A DNA stretch of 64,000 bases, taken from Mobula birostris. Its lineage: Eukaryota. Shown piece by piece: positions 45,701 through 58,502 of the stretch. The notes under the pieces were generated by a model. That model searched no databases. It had not been told where the DNA came from and saw only the letters and a list, made by a program, of their open reading frames with translations. How positions within the stretch are numbered: the first letter of the stretch is position 1; each line of letters opens with the position of its first letter. The stretch spans positions 16,995,629-17,059,628 of the forward strand of contig NC_092384.1 of assembly GCF_030028105.1 (NCBI RefSeq), read 5' to 3'. A program made the translations under genes and the position numbers.

Positions 45701-47324
45701 GTGAGGCACTGGAACACACGAAAAACTATCGCTCTGCAGTTGTCGTCACAACGCTTCTGAAACCTAGCAATCTCATCCAACCTTACCAATCGAACGGATA
45801 TTATTTGGAATACATAGAATAGCAACTAGGGTGCCCAACATTTCCGCTTGACTCGCGATATGGAGGGAGTTCATACAATTTAATATTTGGTAAGCCAAGT
45901 ACACCCTCTCTTCTTTCTCTAGAGATATACGGAAAATAGATCGCGCAATGATATCGCGCTTGACTGGAACCAAACGGTGAATTGAAGTCAGTCAGTCAAC
46001 CTGCCAAACTGAGGGTTTATTTTACTCATGTTAGCATATTGTAGACACGTGTTGCACTATGGTGGCGCCGGTATGCATGTCATGTCTAAGAGGGCCGTTG
46101 GCAAGTTTGAAGGTGTTTTAGAGGGGCGTTGCCAAGCTTGAAAATGCTTTGGGGGGGGGGGTGGCGTTGGCTCAAATGGCTGGGAAACACTGTTCTAGAG
46201 TGGCATTAAACAGGTGCAGTAGAACTACATCCAGCTGTCTGAAAACCCAGAGGATACGTTCTGAAATGATTAAATTATGGTATTCTCACAGCTTTGATTG
46301 TGCTGTCCAGTTACAGTGGCAAAATCGTTGTGGGACAATATAGGAAAGGTACTGAGGTAGAACATTAAATGCCACACAGTTAGAAGTTCTATTTGCAAAC
46401 TGGCTGGCGAAATGCTCTCCAAGGCAAGCTGTCAACGTGAAACTAGAGTATGAAGTGAAGGGGAGATAACTTCATGAACAGTCAGGGTAACTGAGAGAAT
46501 GACAGGAATTGCTGTTCGCAATCTAAGAAATGCTTGGGATCTGCAGAATTGGATTGGAAGGAAATTAAAAAGGAGCTGACGAAAGAGTGGACCAGGAATT
46601 TATAGAAGGAATTGATTCACACAAAATTGTTGAATTATTGTGTCACTATGTTGAAATTGTTGAAAACATTAGCACAGAACCTGATTGATATTTATCCTGA
46701 CTCTTGTTCGCATCAAGCCAAAGTCAAATCCAAATTATGTGTTTTTAAATAGCATATTTGGCCCGTGTTATTTTAAAATTATAATGCTGAAACTTGCATG
46801 AATACTGTTAATTTCACGAAATTGCTCATTAAACGAGCATACCTTCGCTTTACTCAAAGCTATTTTTTTTGTTTACTTCATTTTTTTTTTTTCAGTTGTG
46901 CATTCCAACCAGGATCTCCATCGTGTTTTCATTTCAGACTTTCGTGAATGGGTGAAGAACTTGCCATTTATGCCATGTGCCACTAGCACAGCACAGATTT
47001 GTAATTCTGTAAGGCATGTGCATTTGTGCAATGCTAATCGTGCGTCTTTCATTGTGTTGTTCTTATTGAAAGCAGGACATCATGCAATTGTAGTGTTCTG
47101 GCAAAATCTGCTTTTGAAGGCCATATCTCGATGAGCGTACTCCTGCGGTTTCTGAAAACATTTGAATTTGAAATGAATTACGTGGCAGAAGCGCTAAATC
47201 GCAAACTGAGATAAAGAGGTATCAAACAGAATATCAAAGTGGCGCCCACTCTGCATCGCCAAGCCCTCTACTGGCAACTCTTTCTTAATTCACTCTATGC
47301 AAAAGCAAGATTCATAAGCATCGG

Positions 47325-49750
47325 AAACATGAGGAAATCTGCAGATGCTGGAATTTCAAGCAGCACACATAAAAGTTGCTGCTGAACGCAGCAGGCCAGG
47401 CAGCATCTCGAGGAAGAGACACAGTCGACGTTTCGGGCCGAGACCCTTCGTCAGGACTAACTGACAGAAGAGCTAGTAAGAGATTTGAAAGTGGGAGGCC
47501 GGGAGGGCAGGGAGCCGAAATGATAGGAGAAGACAGGAGGGGGAGGGATGGAGCCAAGAACTGGACAGGTGATAGGCTAAAAGGATATGAGAGGATCATG
47601 GAACAGGAGGCCTAGGGCGAAAGAAAAGGGGAGGGGGAAAATCAGAGGATGGGCAAGGGGTATAGTGAGGGGGACAGAGGGATAAAAAGGAGAGAGAGAA
47701 AATGAATCTATGTATATAAATAAATAACGGATGGGGTACGAGGGGGAGGTGGGGCATTAGCGGAAGTTTTGAAGTCAATGTTCATGCCATCAGTTTGGAG
47801 GCTACCCAGACGGAATATCAAGTGTTGTTCCTCCAACCTGAGTGTGGCTTCATCTATACAGTAGAGGAGGCCGTGGATAGACATGTCAGAATGGGAACGG
47901 GACGTGGAATTAAAATGTGTGGCCACTGGGAGATATTGCTTTCTCTGGCAGACAAGCGATCTTCCAGTCTGCGGCGGGTCACGCCAGTGTATAGAAGGCC
48001 ACATCGGGAGCACCGGACTGAGTATATCACCCCAGCCGACTCACAGGTGAAGTGTCGCCTCACCTGGAAGGATTGTCGGAGGCCCTGAATGGTAGTGAGG
48101 GAGGAAGTGTAAGCGCATGTGTACACTTGTTCGGAGGAATGCGGCGGAGACGGAGGAATTGCGAGAAGTGGAAGGCATTTTTGGAAGAGGCAGGGTGAGA
48201 AGAGCAATAGTCCTGATAGCTGTGAGAGTCAGTAAGCTTATAGTAGGCATCAGTAGATAAGCTGTCTCCAGAGACATAGATAGCAAGATCTAGAAAGGGG
48301 TGGGAGAGTCGGAAATGGACCAGGTAAACTTGAGGGCAGGCTGAAAGTTGGAGGCAAAGTTTATTAAATCAACGAGTTCAGCAGGCGTGCAGGAAGCAGC
48401 GCCAATGCAGTCGTCGATGTAGTGAAGGAAAAGTGGGGGACAGATACCAGAATAGGTTTGGAACATAGATTGTTCCACAAAGTCAACAAAATGGCAGGCA
48501 TAACTAGGACACATACGGATGTTCCGTCTAGCGGAAATAGTCCTTAATCTTAATAATTTCTTCTTTGCCTCCTCCCACTTCCTCTAAACTAAAGGTGTAG
48601 TCTTGGGCGCCCGCTTTCCATTCCAGGACGAAGGAGATATCCTCCTTTTTTGAAGAAATGGGCTTCTGCTCTCAAGCGCATCTCCCCTATTTCACGCACA
48701 TCTGCTCTCACTCCGTCCTCTCGCCACCCCACTCGGAATAGGGTTCCCCTTGTCCTCAGCTACCAATCCACCAGCCTCCGTGTCTAACATATAATTCTCT
48801 GTAACTTCTGCCACCCCCAACAGGATCCCACCACTAAACACATACTTCCTTCCCCCACCTCTGCTTTCCGCTGCGATCGCTCCCCACGCGACTCCCTTGT
48901 CCATTCGTACCCCCCATCCGTCCCCACCGATTACCCTCCTGGCACTTATCCACGTAAGCGGAGCACGTGCTACTCGTGCCCTTACACTTCCTCCCTCACT
49001 ACCATTCAGAGCCCCGGACAGTCCTTCCAGGTGAGGCGACACTTCACCCGTGAGTCGGCTGAGGTCATATACTGTGTCCAGTGCTCCCGATGTGGCCTTC
49101 TATCCATTGGCGAGACCCGCCGCAGACTGGGAGATCGTTTCGCTGAATAGCTACGCTCTGTCCGCCATAGAAAGCAGGATCTCCCAGTGGCCACACATTT
49201 TAATCCCACATTCAATTCCCATTCTGACATGTCTATCCACGGCCTCCTCTACTGTAAATATGAAGCCACACTCAGGTTGGAGGAACAACACCTGATATTC
49301 CGTCTGGGTAGCTTCCAACCTGATGGCATGAACATGGACTTCTCAAACTTCCGCTAATGGCCCACCTCCCCCTCGTACCCCATCCGTTACTTATTAATAT
49401 ACATACATTCTTTTTCTCTCTCTCCTTTTTATCGCTCTGTCCCCCTCACTATACCCCTTGCCCATCCTCTGGTTTTACCCCCTCCCCCTTTTCTTTCTCC
49501 CTAGGCCTCCTGTCCCATGATCCTCTCATATCCCTTTTGCCAATCAACCGTCCAGCTCTTGGCTCCATCCCCCCCCCTCCTGTCTTCTCCTATCATTTCG
49601 CGCCACCCCCGCCTCCCACTTTCAAATCTCTTACTAGCTCTTCTGTCAGTTAGTCCTGACGAAGGATCTCGGCTCGAAACGTCGACTGTACCTCTTCCTC
49701 GAGATGCTGCCTGGCCTGCTGCGTTCACCAGCAACTTTTATGTGTGTTGC
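47325..49750. mobile_element. Penelope inverted-repeat structure (minus arm with RT fragment ~47325-48525, plus arm ~48526-49750)
   Basis: The terminal ~750 bp of each arm are reverse complements with high identity by eye; RT motif LFLHYIDDCIGAASC in ORF 48290-48514; 12/14 direct repeat at 47311-47324 and 49751-49764. Confidence 0.88.
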
Positions 49751-49789
49751 TTCATAGGAATCGGGCTGCATTAAATGTATAGAATTTAC

Positions 49790-50570
49790 AGAATTATGCG
49801 AAATAAATATTGTATCTGTCAGACCGACTGACTCTGTGACTCGAAGGCAATATAAGAAGAAAACAACAAATAAGTGATCTCAGCATCTCATAAGCATTCA
49901 CTGTATTGTGGTCCAACCCTCAGGGAGATAGGTGTAGATACGGGAATCGATTTCACTTTCAAAGCTTCATGGCAACACACTGAGTAACTTAATTATAATA
50001 ACAGAGAATAGATTTTGTTCCTCGTTAGGCAATATTTAATTCTTCCGACGTGTTTGACTAAGAAGCTATCATTTTATTGCCTTATTCGATAGGGACACCC
50101 GGCGTGATAACTCTACGTTAATAAAGGGACAGTGTTATATTCATAATTCTGAATTCAAAATGCAGGTAATAGGGCAATGAGTGTCTAGTTGGCATGTTTT
50201 CATGTTGTTATGTTGTTAAAAGTTTCAGGATTTGTCGATATTGAAGTAGTTTGTTGCTCTTTGTGGATGCAACATGCAAATGTTGGTTTGAAACAACATA
50301 GTTTATTCATAGTGTACACTTTTCTGCAGGATATTGAGATGTTTCATTTTTTTAGAATCAATCATGAATATTACATCCGTGTTTGGACGAATACCTCATG
50401 CAAATGTCTATATAGAGAGGTTTTTCTAGAGTGAATAATACTCGGCTGTAGTGAACACAATTGAAGTATTTCTACAGCAAGATTCAACCGTGAAGACGTT
50501 CAAAGTTATTTGTGGGATTTGACTCAAAGACAATACCCAACATATTGATCGCACGAAGTTCCACAAGATG
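49790..50570 (+). repeat. Local duplicated non-TE block, copy 1 (copy 2 at ~56050-56770)
   Basis: Shared ACAACAAATAAGTGATCT.AGCAT.TC.TAAGCATTCACTG.ATTGTGGTCCAAC and AAAGCTTCATGGCAAC. Confidence 0.8.
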
Positions 50571-50739
50571 GCAAAACATGCAGAACGTTGTGGACACAGC
50601 TTAGTTCATTTGGAAATCAAACTCCCACCTGTACTCTGGAGACACTCGCCAACAATTCCTCTCTAAGCTACATCGGTGCGGCCGCACAATAATTGAAATG
50701 CTCCCCACACATAGCCTTAGTTAATTGGACGAACTAGAT

Positions 50740-53700
50740 AAAAGTACAGAATGTTGAAACGGACGGCCGTTGTCGGGAGTAGGCCAGTGGCAAGAGCAGA
50801 AGTTTCAGGCTTTGGCTGATTGAGGCTTCGGCGAAAGCGGGCTTTGGCGAGGTCAGTGGGTAGGTGGACTTCATTTTGGCTTTTCTTTGCAGTTTTTAAA
50901 GAATGGAAAGCATGTTGGTCGGGTTAGTATTTTGCTCCGGGAGTCAGATGTGGGAATCCCGGGAATCTTCCAGTCTTCCAGAAGGTCACATCTACAATGT
51001 CTCCCATCCACTATATAATCTACTGTTTGGGCACAAGAGTACATTCAGCCAGACACTCAATCCACCGAGATGCAACACAGAGCGTCACAGGAACTCATTC
51101 CTGCCTGTGTCCATCAACCTTTACAACTCCTCTCTTGGAGGGTCAGACACCCTGAGCCAATAGGCTGGCCCTGGACTTATTTCATGGCATAATTCACATA
51201 TTCCTATTTAATTATTTACGGTTTTATTACTATTTAATTATTTATGGTGCAACCGTAACGATAACCAATGTCCCCACGGATCAATAAAGTATGCCGATGA
51301 CTATGACTATAACTATGATTACGCCAGGTGCACCGAACTGCAGCTCCTGAAAGACTCTGTTAGGGATCTGAAGCTGCGGCTCGATGACCTACAGCTTATT
51401 AGGCAGAGTGAAGAGGAGATAGTGAGGAGCTACAGGGAGCTAGTCACCCCGAGGCTGCAAGAGTTACATAAGTGGGTGACGATCAGACAGCGAAGGGAAG
51501 AGGTCAGATAGTAGAGAGCACCCCTGTGGCCGTCCCCGTCAGCAATCGTTATCTCGCTTTGGAAGTGGTTGTGGAGGATTACTTGACAGAGTACGACCCC
51601 AGCGATCGGTTCTGCGGCACTGTGTTCGGTTCCGTGGTGCACAAGGGAAAGAGGAAGATGAGGAATGCAGTAATCAAAGGTGATTCTATAGCGAGGGGAT
51701 CAGCCAGGAGGTTCTGTCAGCCTGATAGAGATACCTGCATAGCGCGTTGTCTCCCAGGTGCCAGGGTACGGCCTGTCTTGGATCGTGTGCACAGTATTCT
51801 GAAGGGAGAGGGTGAACAGCCAGAAATCCTGGTGCACTTTGGTAATAATAACAAAGGTAGAAAAAGGGAGGAGGTCCTGAAGTGAAAGTTCAGAGAGATA
51901 GGAGGGAAGCTGAAAAGCAGCATCTCGAGGGTAGTAATCTCAGGATTGCTGCCTGTGCCACCTGCTAGCGAGTGCCAGAATAGCATGATCAGGCGTATTA
52001 ACGTGTGGCTGAGAGACTGATGTAGGGAGCAGGGCTTCATATTCCTGGATCATTGGGGCCTCTTCTGGCGGAGTTACGACCTGTACGAAAAGGACGGATT
52101 ACACCTGAACCCAATAGGGTCAACTATCCCAGCGGACACATTTAATAGAGCTGTCAGGGGGCGTTTAAACTAATTTAACAAGGGGTTGGGAACCGGAGTG
52201 ACAGGGTCGAGGAAGGGGAGAACAGAAATAAATCAAATATAGAGTGCAACAGAGATTACAGAAAGAACTGGAAGGAAATGAGGCTTAATGACAGCCACTA
52301 AATGATTTACAATGCAATACAGGCGTGGTGCAGTTAAACCAGAAAACAACAAATACTGAACTGAAAGTGTGATATTTTAATGCACGCAGCATAAAGAATT
52401 AAATGGACGATCTTGAAATTCAGCTACAGATTGGCAAATATGACGTTGTGTCCATCACTGACTTGGCTAAACGATAGCTGCCATTGGGAGCCTAACGTCC
52501 TAGGTAACACAGTGTATCGGAAAGATAGGTTAGTAAGGGGTGGTTTGGCTCTGTGTATAAGAATCATATTAAATCATTATAAAGAGGTGACATAGTATTG
52601 GAAGGTGTGGAGCCACTATGGGTTGAGTTAAGGTAAAGGTACCCTAAAAGCAGTTTTATACAGGCCCCCAAGGAGCAGCCAGGATGTGTATTTCAAATTA
52701 CAGCAGGAGATAGAAAAGGCGTGTCAGAAAGGCAATGTCATGATAATCGTTGGGGATTTTAACATGGAACTGTATTGGAAAAACCAGGTCAGTACTGGAC
52801 CTCAAGAGAGAGAATTTGTAGAATATTCAAGGAGAGCTTTTTAGAACAGCTTGTTTTTGAACCCACTAGGGCCCGGCTGTGCTGGATTGGGTGTTGTGCA
52901 ATGATCCGGAGGTGATCTGATAGTTCAATGTTAAAGAATTAATTAAGGGAATTCTTAGGGAACAGAGATCACAATATAATCGAGTTCACATTGAAATTTG
53001 AGAGGGAGAAATAAAAGTCAGTGTGTCAGTATTTTACTGGAATAAAGGAAAGTACAATGGCATGAGATAAAAACTGGTCGAAGCTGATTGGAAAGGAAAG
53101 AGAGCAGAGCAGCAATGGCCGGAGTTTCTGCAAAAAAATGAGAGAAGTGCAAGACAGATATATTCGAAATAAGAAGAAATTTTAAAAGGGAAGAAGGGCA
53201 CTACTATGGCTGTCAAGTGAAGCAACAGCCAAAGTAAAAGCAAAAGAGAGGGCAAACAAGGACACCAGAGCTAGTGGGAAGATAAAGGATTGGGAAGCTT
53301 TCAAAAACTTGAGGAAGGAAACTAAGAAGGTCATTCGGAAGGAAGACTTAAGTTATTAAAAGAAGCCAGTGATTCATACTAAGAAAATACCAAAACCTTT
53401 TTTTTAAGTGTATAAAGGGTAAACAAGAGTCGAGGGTAGCAATACAAAGTGAGGCTGAAAATATTGTAATGAGAGATGCACAGATGGCAGAGGAACTGAA
53501 TGCATATTTTGCATCTGTCTTCACAGAGGAATACGTCTGCAGAACACCGGACATTCAAGTGTGTCGAGGAAGTGAAGTTTATGTAGTGCAAATTACGACT
53601 GAGAGGGCTCTCAGTAATTTTAAGGGGCTGTGCGTGGATAAAATCTTCTGGACCTGATAGAATGTACCCTCAGGTTGTGAAGGAAGATGCTGTAGATATT

Positions 53701-55185
53701 GCAGAGGCATTAACACTGATGTTTGAAGAATCGATAGATTATGGCATTGTACCAGATGACTGGAAAATTGTAAACGTTACTGCGCTATTTCAAATGAGTG
53801 GGGGAGAGAAAAGGAAACCATAGACCTGTTAGCCTGACATCAGTGGTTGGGAAGCTGTTGGAATTGATTGTTAGTGATGAGATTAAGGCGTACATGCAGA
53901 CACATGACAAGATAGGTCAAAGCCAGCATGATTTCCTGAAAGGAAAATCCTGCCTGACAAGCCTACTGCAATTCTTTTAGGAAATTACAAGCAGCGTAGA
54001 TAAAGCAGATGCAGTAGACGTTGTCTAATTTGATTTTCAGAAGGCCTTTGACAAGGTGCCGCACATGGGGCTGCTTAGCAAGGTCAGAGCTCATGGAGTT
54101 ACAGGGAAGTTACTAGCATGGGTGGAGCATTGGCTGGTCGGCAGGAAACAGAGAGTGGGAAGAAAGGGATCCTATTCTGGCTGTCTGCCGGTTACCAGTG
54201 GAGTTCCACAGGAGTTGGTGTTGAGACAGCTGCTTTTTATGATGTAATTTGTGGCTAAATTTGCCGATGATGCAATGATAGGTGGAGGAGCGGGTCGTGT
54301 TCAGGTAACATAGAGCCTGTGGAGAGACTTAGATAGTTTAGGGGAATGGGCAAATGAAATACCATGTTGGAATGTGTGTGGTCATGCACTTTGGTGGAAG
54401 AATTATACAAGCAGTCTAGTATTTAGATGGTGAGATAATTCAGAATGAAGAGGTGCAAAGGGACATGGGAGTCCTTGTACAAGATACCCCAACGGTTAAC
54501 CTCCAGGTTGAGACGGTTGTGAAGAAGGCGAAAGCATTGTTGGCATTCATTTCTAGAAATACTGTATAGAATATAAGAGCAGGAATGTGATGTTGAGGCT
54601 CTACAAGGCACTCGTGAGATCAGATGGAATTTTCTGTGCAGTTTCGGGCTCCTTATTTTAGAAATGATATGCTGACATTGCAGATGGTGCAGAGAAGATT
54701 CATAAGAATGGTTCCAGGAATGAAAGGGTTACCGTATGAGTTATGTCTGGCAGTTCTTGGGCTGTATTCCCTGCAGTTCAGGGCGATCTCATAGAAACAT
54801 TCCGAATATTAAAAGGCCTGAACAGTTTAGATATGGCAATGTTATTTCTCATGCTAGGGGATTCTAGTACAAGAGGGCACGTCTTCAGAATTGAAGGACG
54901 TCCATTTGCAACTGAGATGCGGATAAATTACTTCAGTCAGAGGGTGGTATATCTGTGGAATTTGTTACCACGAGCGGCTGTGGAGCCCTACTGATCGGGT
55001 GGACTTAAGGCAGAGATAGGTAGTTTCTTGATTAACCAGGACATCAAAGGGTATGGGGAGAAGGCAGGGGAGTGGGGATGAATGGAAGAATTGCATCAGC
55101 CCATGATTGTAAGGCGGAGCAGACCGAATGGGCCGAATGGCCTACTTCTGCTCCTATATCTTATGGCTTTATGGTCTTACGGTCT
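50740..55185 (+). mobile_element. Near full-length, inactivated CR1 LINE (5'UTR, ORF1 with esterase, ORF2 APE-RT, 3' tail)
   Basis: ORF1 start LVFCSGSQMWESRESSSLPEGHI, CTELQLLKD, esterase GDSIARG..CLPGARV..VHFGNN; APE and RT motifs; ATGGTCTT tail; many stops and frameshifts. Confidence 0.92.
50996..51318 (+). mobile_element. Rex1/Babar 3' fragment nested in CR1 ORF1
   Basis: Highly similar to 39787-40100; splits GHI|CARC of CR1 ORF1. Confidence 0.88.
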
Positions 55186-55334
55186 CAGCAAGAAGTGGTG
55201 GAGCAGACCCTATCGGCAAAATGGACAGAATCTGCTCCTATAACTTATGGACTTCTGGTTTTACGGCTAATTTGCTTCATCTGCATCCTCGTTTTCCCAC
55301 CTACCTGTCACCCATTCTGCCCACTTGCTGATTG

Positions 55335-55830
55335 AGGATTGGCCTGAATGACGGGTGGCTGGGGTCGATTTCCCATCATTCATTGACTTCGTTCACCCAG
55401 GTCACTTTGCATCTCAAATCACTTCGACCTTTCCACTCATCCATACTGTTTCCATTTCTACATCCGAGTAAAAGTACCGAATGTCATATCTTATTATTAA
55501 TTGACAGGATCTTTGTACTCCCATCTTTCTTATTCATTTTTCATCCATTGATGAACAAAACACACAAACAGCCGATTGTCAGTTCCTTGAATCGCTAAGT
55601 CACAAGAGCAGACCCATTCAGCAAGCAAATGTGAAGTGCTATTGATATTTTCTAAAATGCTTTCCATAACGTATTCATTGGCAGCTCACTTAACTGTTGT
55701 TTCATCCCCGTAGCAATACTTGCTGGCATTGTAGAATACCCTGCATACAAAATGAATAGAGCTTTCTAAATATGATAGAAAAGCACAAGCGTGCACGACA
55801 TTGCCAAAACCTCTTCTGGCAATTGTTCCT
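55335..55830 (+). repeat. Third partial copy of the receptor 3' flank
   Basis: Aligns to ~28040-28520 and ~44095-44560 (ATCATTCATT..TTCGTTCACCCA..TCACT...CATCTCAAATC; AAACACAAA.A.CCG.TTGTCA). Confidence 0.75.
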
Positions 55831-56049
55831 TCATGAACTCTATGGAAAAACACATTTCAGAAGCGGTGAATACAATAAATGTATACATCAATATGTATGC
55901 CTATTGGAGCTCTCATTCGCGAATGAATATTACACATTTTAATAAATATCATGTTGAAATTTATGCTTACAATTTTTTAAACCGGTAATCCTATCAATGT
56001 CTTAGGAGTTACTTAATAGTTTCAAAAGGAGAAAAAATTTCGGGTCAAA

Positions 56050-56770
56050 GAATGATGTGAAATAAATATTATACTGTAATTGCGTAGCCAAATAACTAAT
56101 TTGACTCAATGTAAATATACGACCACAACAAATAAGTGATCTTAGCATTTCGTAAGCATTCACTGAATTGTGGTCCAACTCACATGGAAACAGGTATATA
56201 CAGGTATTGAATTCACTTGTTAAAGCTTCATGGCAACGCAGTGTGCAACTTACATATAATTACAGCGACTAAAGTTGCTACCACGAAAGGTAAGATTTAA
56301 CTGTTCCGACTGGCTGGACTGCGAAGGTAGGATTTGATTTTCCTGTAGGGTAGGGACGTCAGGCATGGTAACTCAACGAAGACACCGGGATCGTACTATA
56401 TTTACAAATCGGAATGCAGGTGGGAGAGCGTTGAGTCCCTAGTGGCCATCGCTGTACTTTGTACTTTGTGGATGGAACGTACAGATAGCAGATTGAATTA
56501 ACATTGTTTATTCACAGAGTATCCTTTCTGGATGATGATGACAGGCATCATTTTTTCCCAACCAAAGTAGTACATCCACCACTGGACGAACCTATGTCGA
56601 CGATTCTATATGGAGGCGTTTTCTCCAGAGAGGTATAATACTCGTCTGTAATGAAAACGTGAAGTTTTTGTACAGGAAGATGCAGCTTTACTATGATTCA
56701 AAGCTGTATTTTAAGTTTTGAATCAACGGTGATACCTAAAATGTTGACAGTGATAGGTTGCCAAAGACAG
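56050..56770 (+). repeat. Local duplicated non-TE block, copy 2
   Basis: Homologous to 49790-50570. Confidence 0.8.
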
Positions 56771-57489
56771 CAAAAATGAGGAAGGTTATGTACACAGCTC
56801 AATTCATCAGGAAACCAACCTCCCTTCTATGTAGTCTGCATGCACTTCCCATCACTGTCCCCTGTAATATGCGTGGGTGTGCCCCGCATGGTATCTGAAG
56901 CACTCCCGTAGATGTTGCTAATATAACTTTTAAATCTCTGTAAATATAATTATAAAATGCCATGTAATTAATTGTGTTGGTGTATATAATCCACATGTTT
57001 TCTAAATAATACACATACCACAACCATTACAGTGTAAAATTTTAGAGCTTCAACCTATTACATTGACAGTTTTTTCAAGTTGAAACGCTGTTAGAAATTG
57101 TAACAGTAAGTTCAGAATGGAACTCGGTAGATCATTCTTAATAAACCGCCAGTCCGTACATAATCCTTTCACACACCATGGCAAAATTTCCTACTTGGAG
57201 CAATTGGTGGTCCGTGCTGCTGTTAAAAATTAAGTAGTGGGAACGTTGTTTCCCTCGCCCAAAGAAAAGCAACCAGGCTAATCAAGGGCATATCCTCTTC
57301 AAAGACTGATGGAGGGTTGATTGTTTATACCTCTCTATATATCAGGGGTTTTCAACCTTTATACGCCATCGACCTCCAGCATTAACGGAGGTTGGGAACG
57401 CCTGTCAGAGATGGCGCTTGACGTGCTGAGTTCCTCCAGCATTTTGTGTTTGTTATTCTGGATTTCAGACTCGTGTGATTTGCTCTGCC

Positions 57490-58030
57490 ATTAGTACTGA
57501 CAGGATATACTGGAGGGATATTAGAAGCGTTGATGCACAAAGGGATTTTAGGGTGCACGTAACAACGACCCATCACGATCCAGATGAGAAGGCGTTTAGC
57601 CTCCCTGCCCTCTTGGCAGTATACTGACATGAGCTGGGACAACATGCTGTACCAATAGATAACGGCCAGGCAGGTCATGGAGTGTTGTGTGCTCTTCTGG
57701 TCACCACAGATAGCACGTAGTAGAGTTAGAACGATTGCAAAAGAGATTCTCTGGGACATTGCCTGGAATGGAAGGTTTTACTGGCACGGAGAGATTGGAT
57801 AGACTCTGGAGTACTGGTGACTGAGGGATAACCTTATGAATTTGAAAAAAAAAACAGTTGTTACGGACATTAATATAGAAAATACTCATAGCTCTTTTTT
57901 CAATACAGGTGATCTAAAGCTAGAAGACATAGTTGTGAACTGAGCGAGAAAATATTTAAAGGGGATCTGGGGACGGCATGGTTTTATAACGGAGAGAAAA
58001 CGGTAGGGATATAGAACAAGCTGTTAGAGG
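57490..58030 (+). mobile_element. Degenerate CR1 C-terminal fragment
   Basis: Resembles the VQRDLGV..LERLQKRF..GMEG..ERLDRL region. Confidence 0.6.
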
Positions 58031-58502
58031 GAGTGGTACCGTGATGGAGGCAGGTAAGAACGGCTACGTAAATATTTTCGTTCTGAATGGATGAAACGGG
58101 TGGAAGAGCCCTCTGCCATGGTGCACGCCAGGATTCAATGTTTTCTTTCAGCTAAAGACCTACAACAAACTACTCGTGCAGGATAACAGGAAATTACAAG
58201 TGGCAGAGAATAGAAATACACTAACGGTCCCGCTGATAATATTATGAAGAGCCTTTGTGGTTAAAATTTACATGTGTCTCAAAAACCGATTTGCGGACTG
58301 TTGTTTTTTTTTAAACGCTCGACGTTTAGGTTACAGCCAATGGATGTTTTTTTTTAATATAGAGTGACTTCCAGGCCTCTTCCTCGCAACCGAATGTTTC
58401 TACTGTTTTTCTGCGAAATCCGTGTTTCGATTCTAGAAAGAGAATTCTGGAAAGAGAATAATGAGATGTTTCATCGCAATGTTAATAAAACAGAGTTTTA
58501 AG

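Noticed and set aside
45773-45973. YLAYQILNCMNSLH resembling a kinase alphaE segment
   Set aside because: No HRD/DFG or other kinase motifs in frame or in nearby exons.
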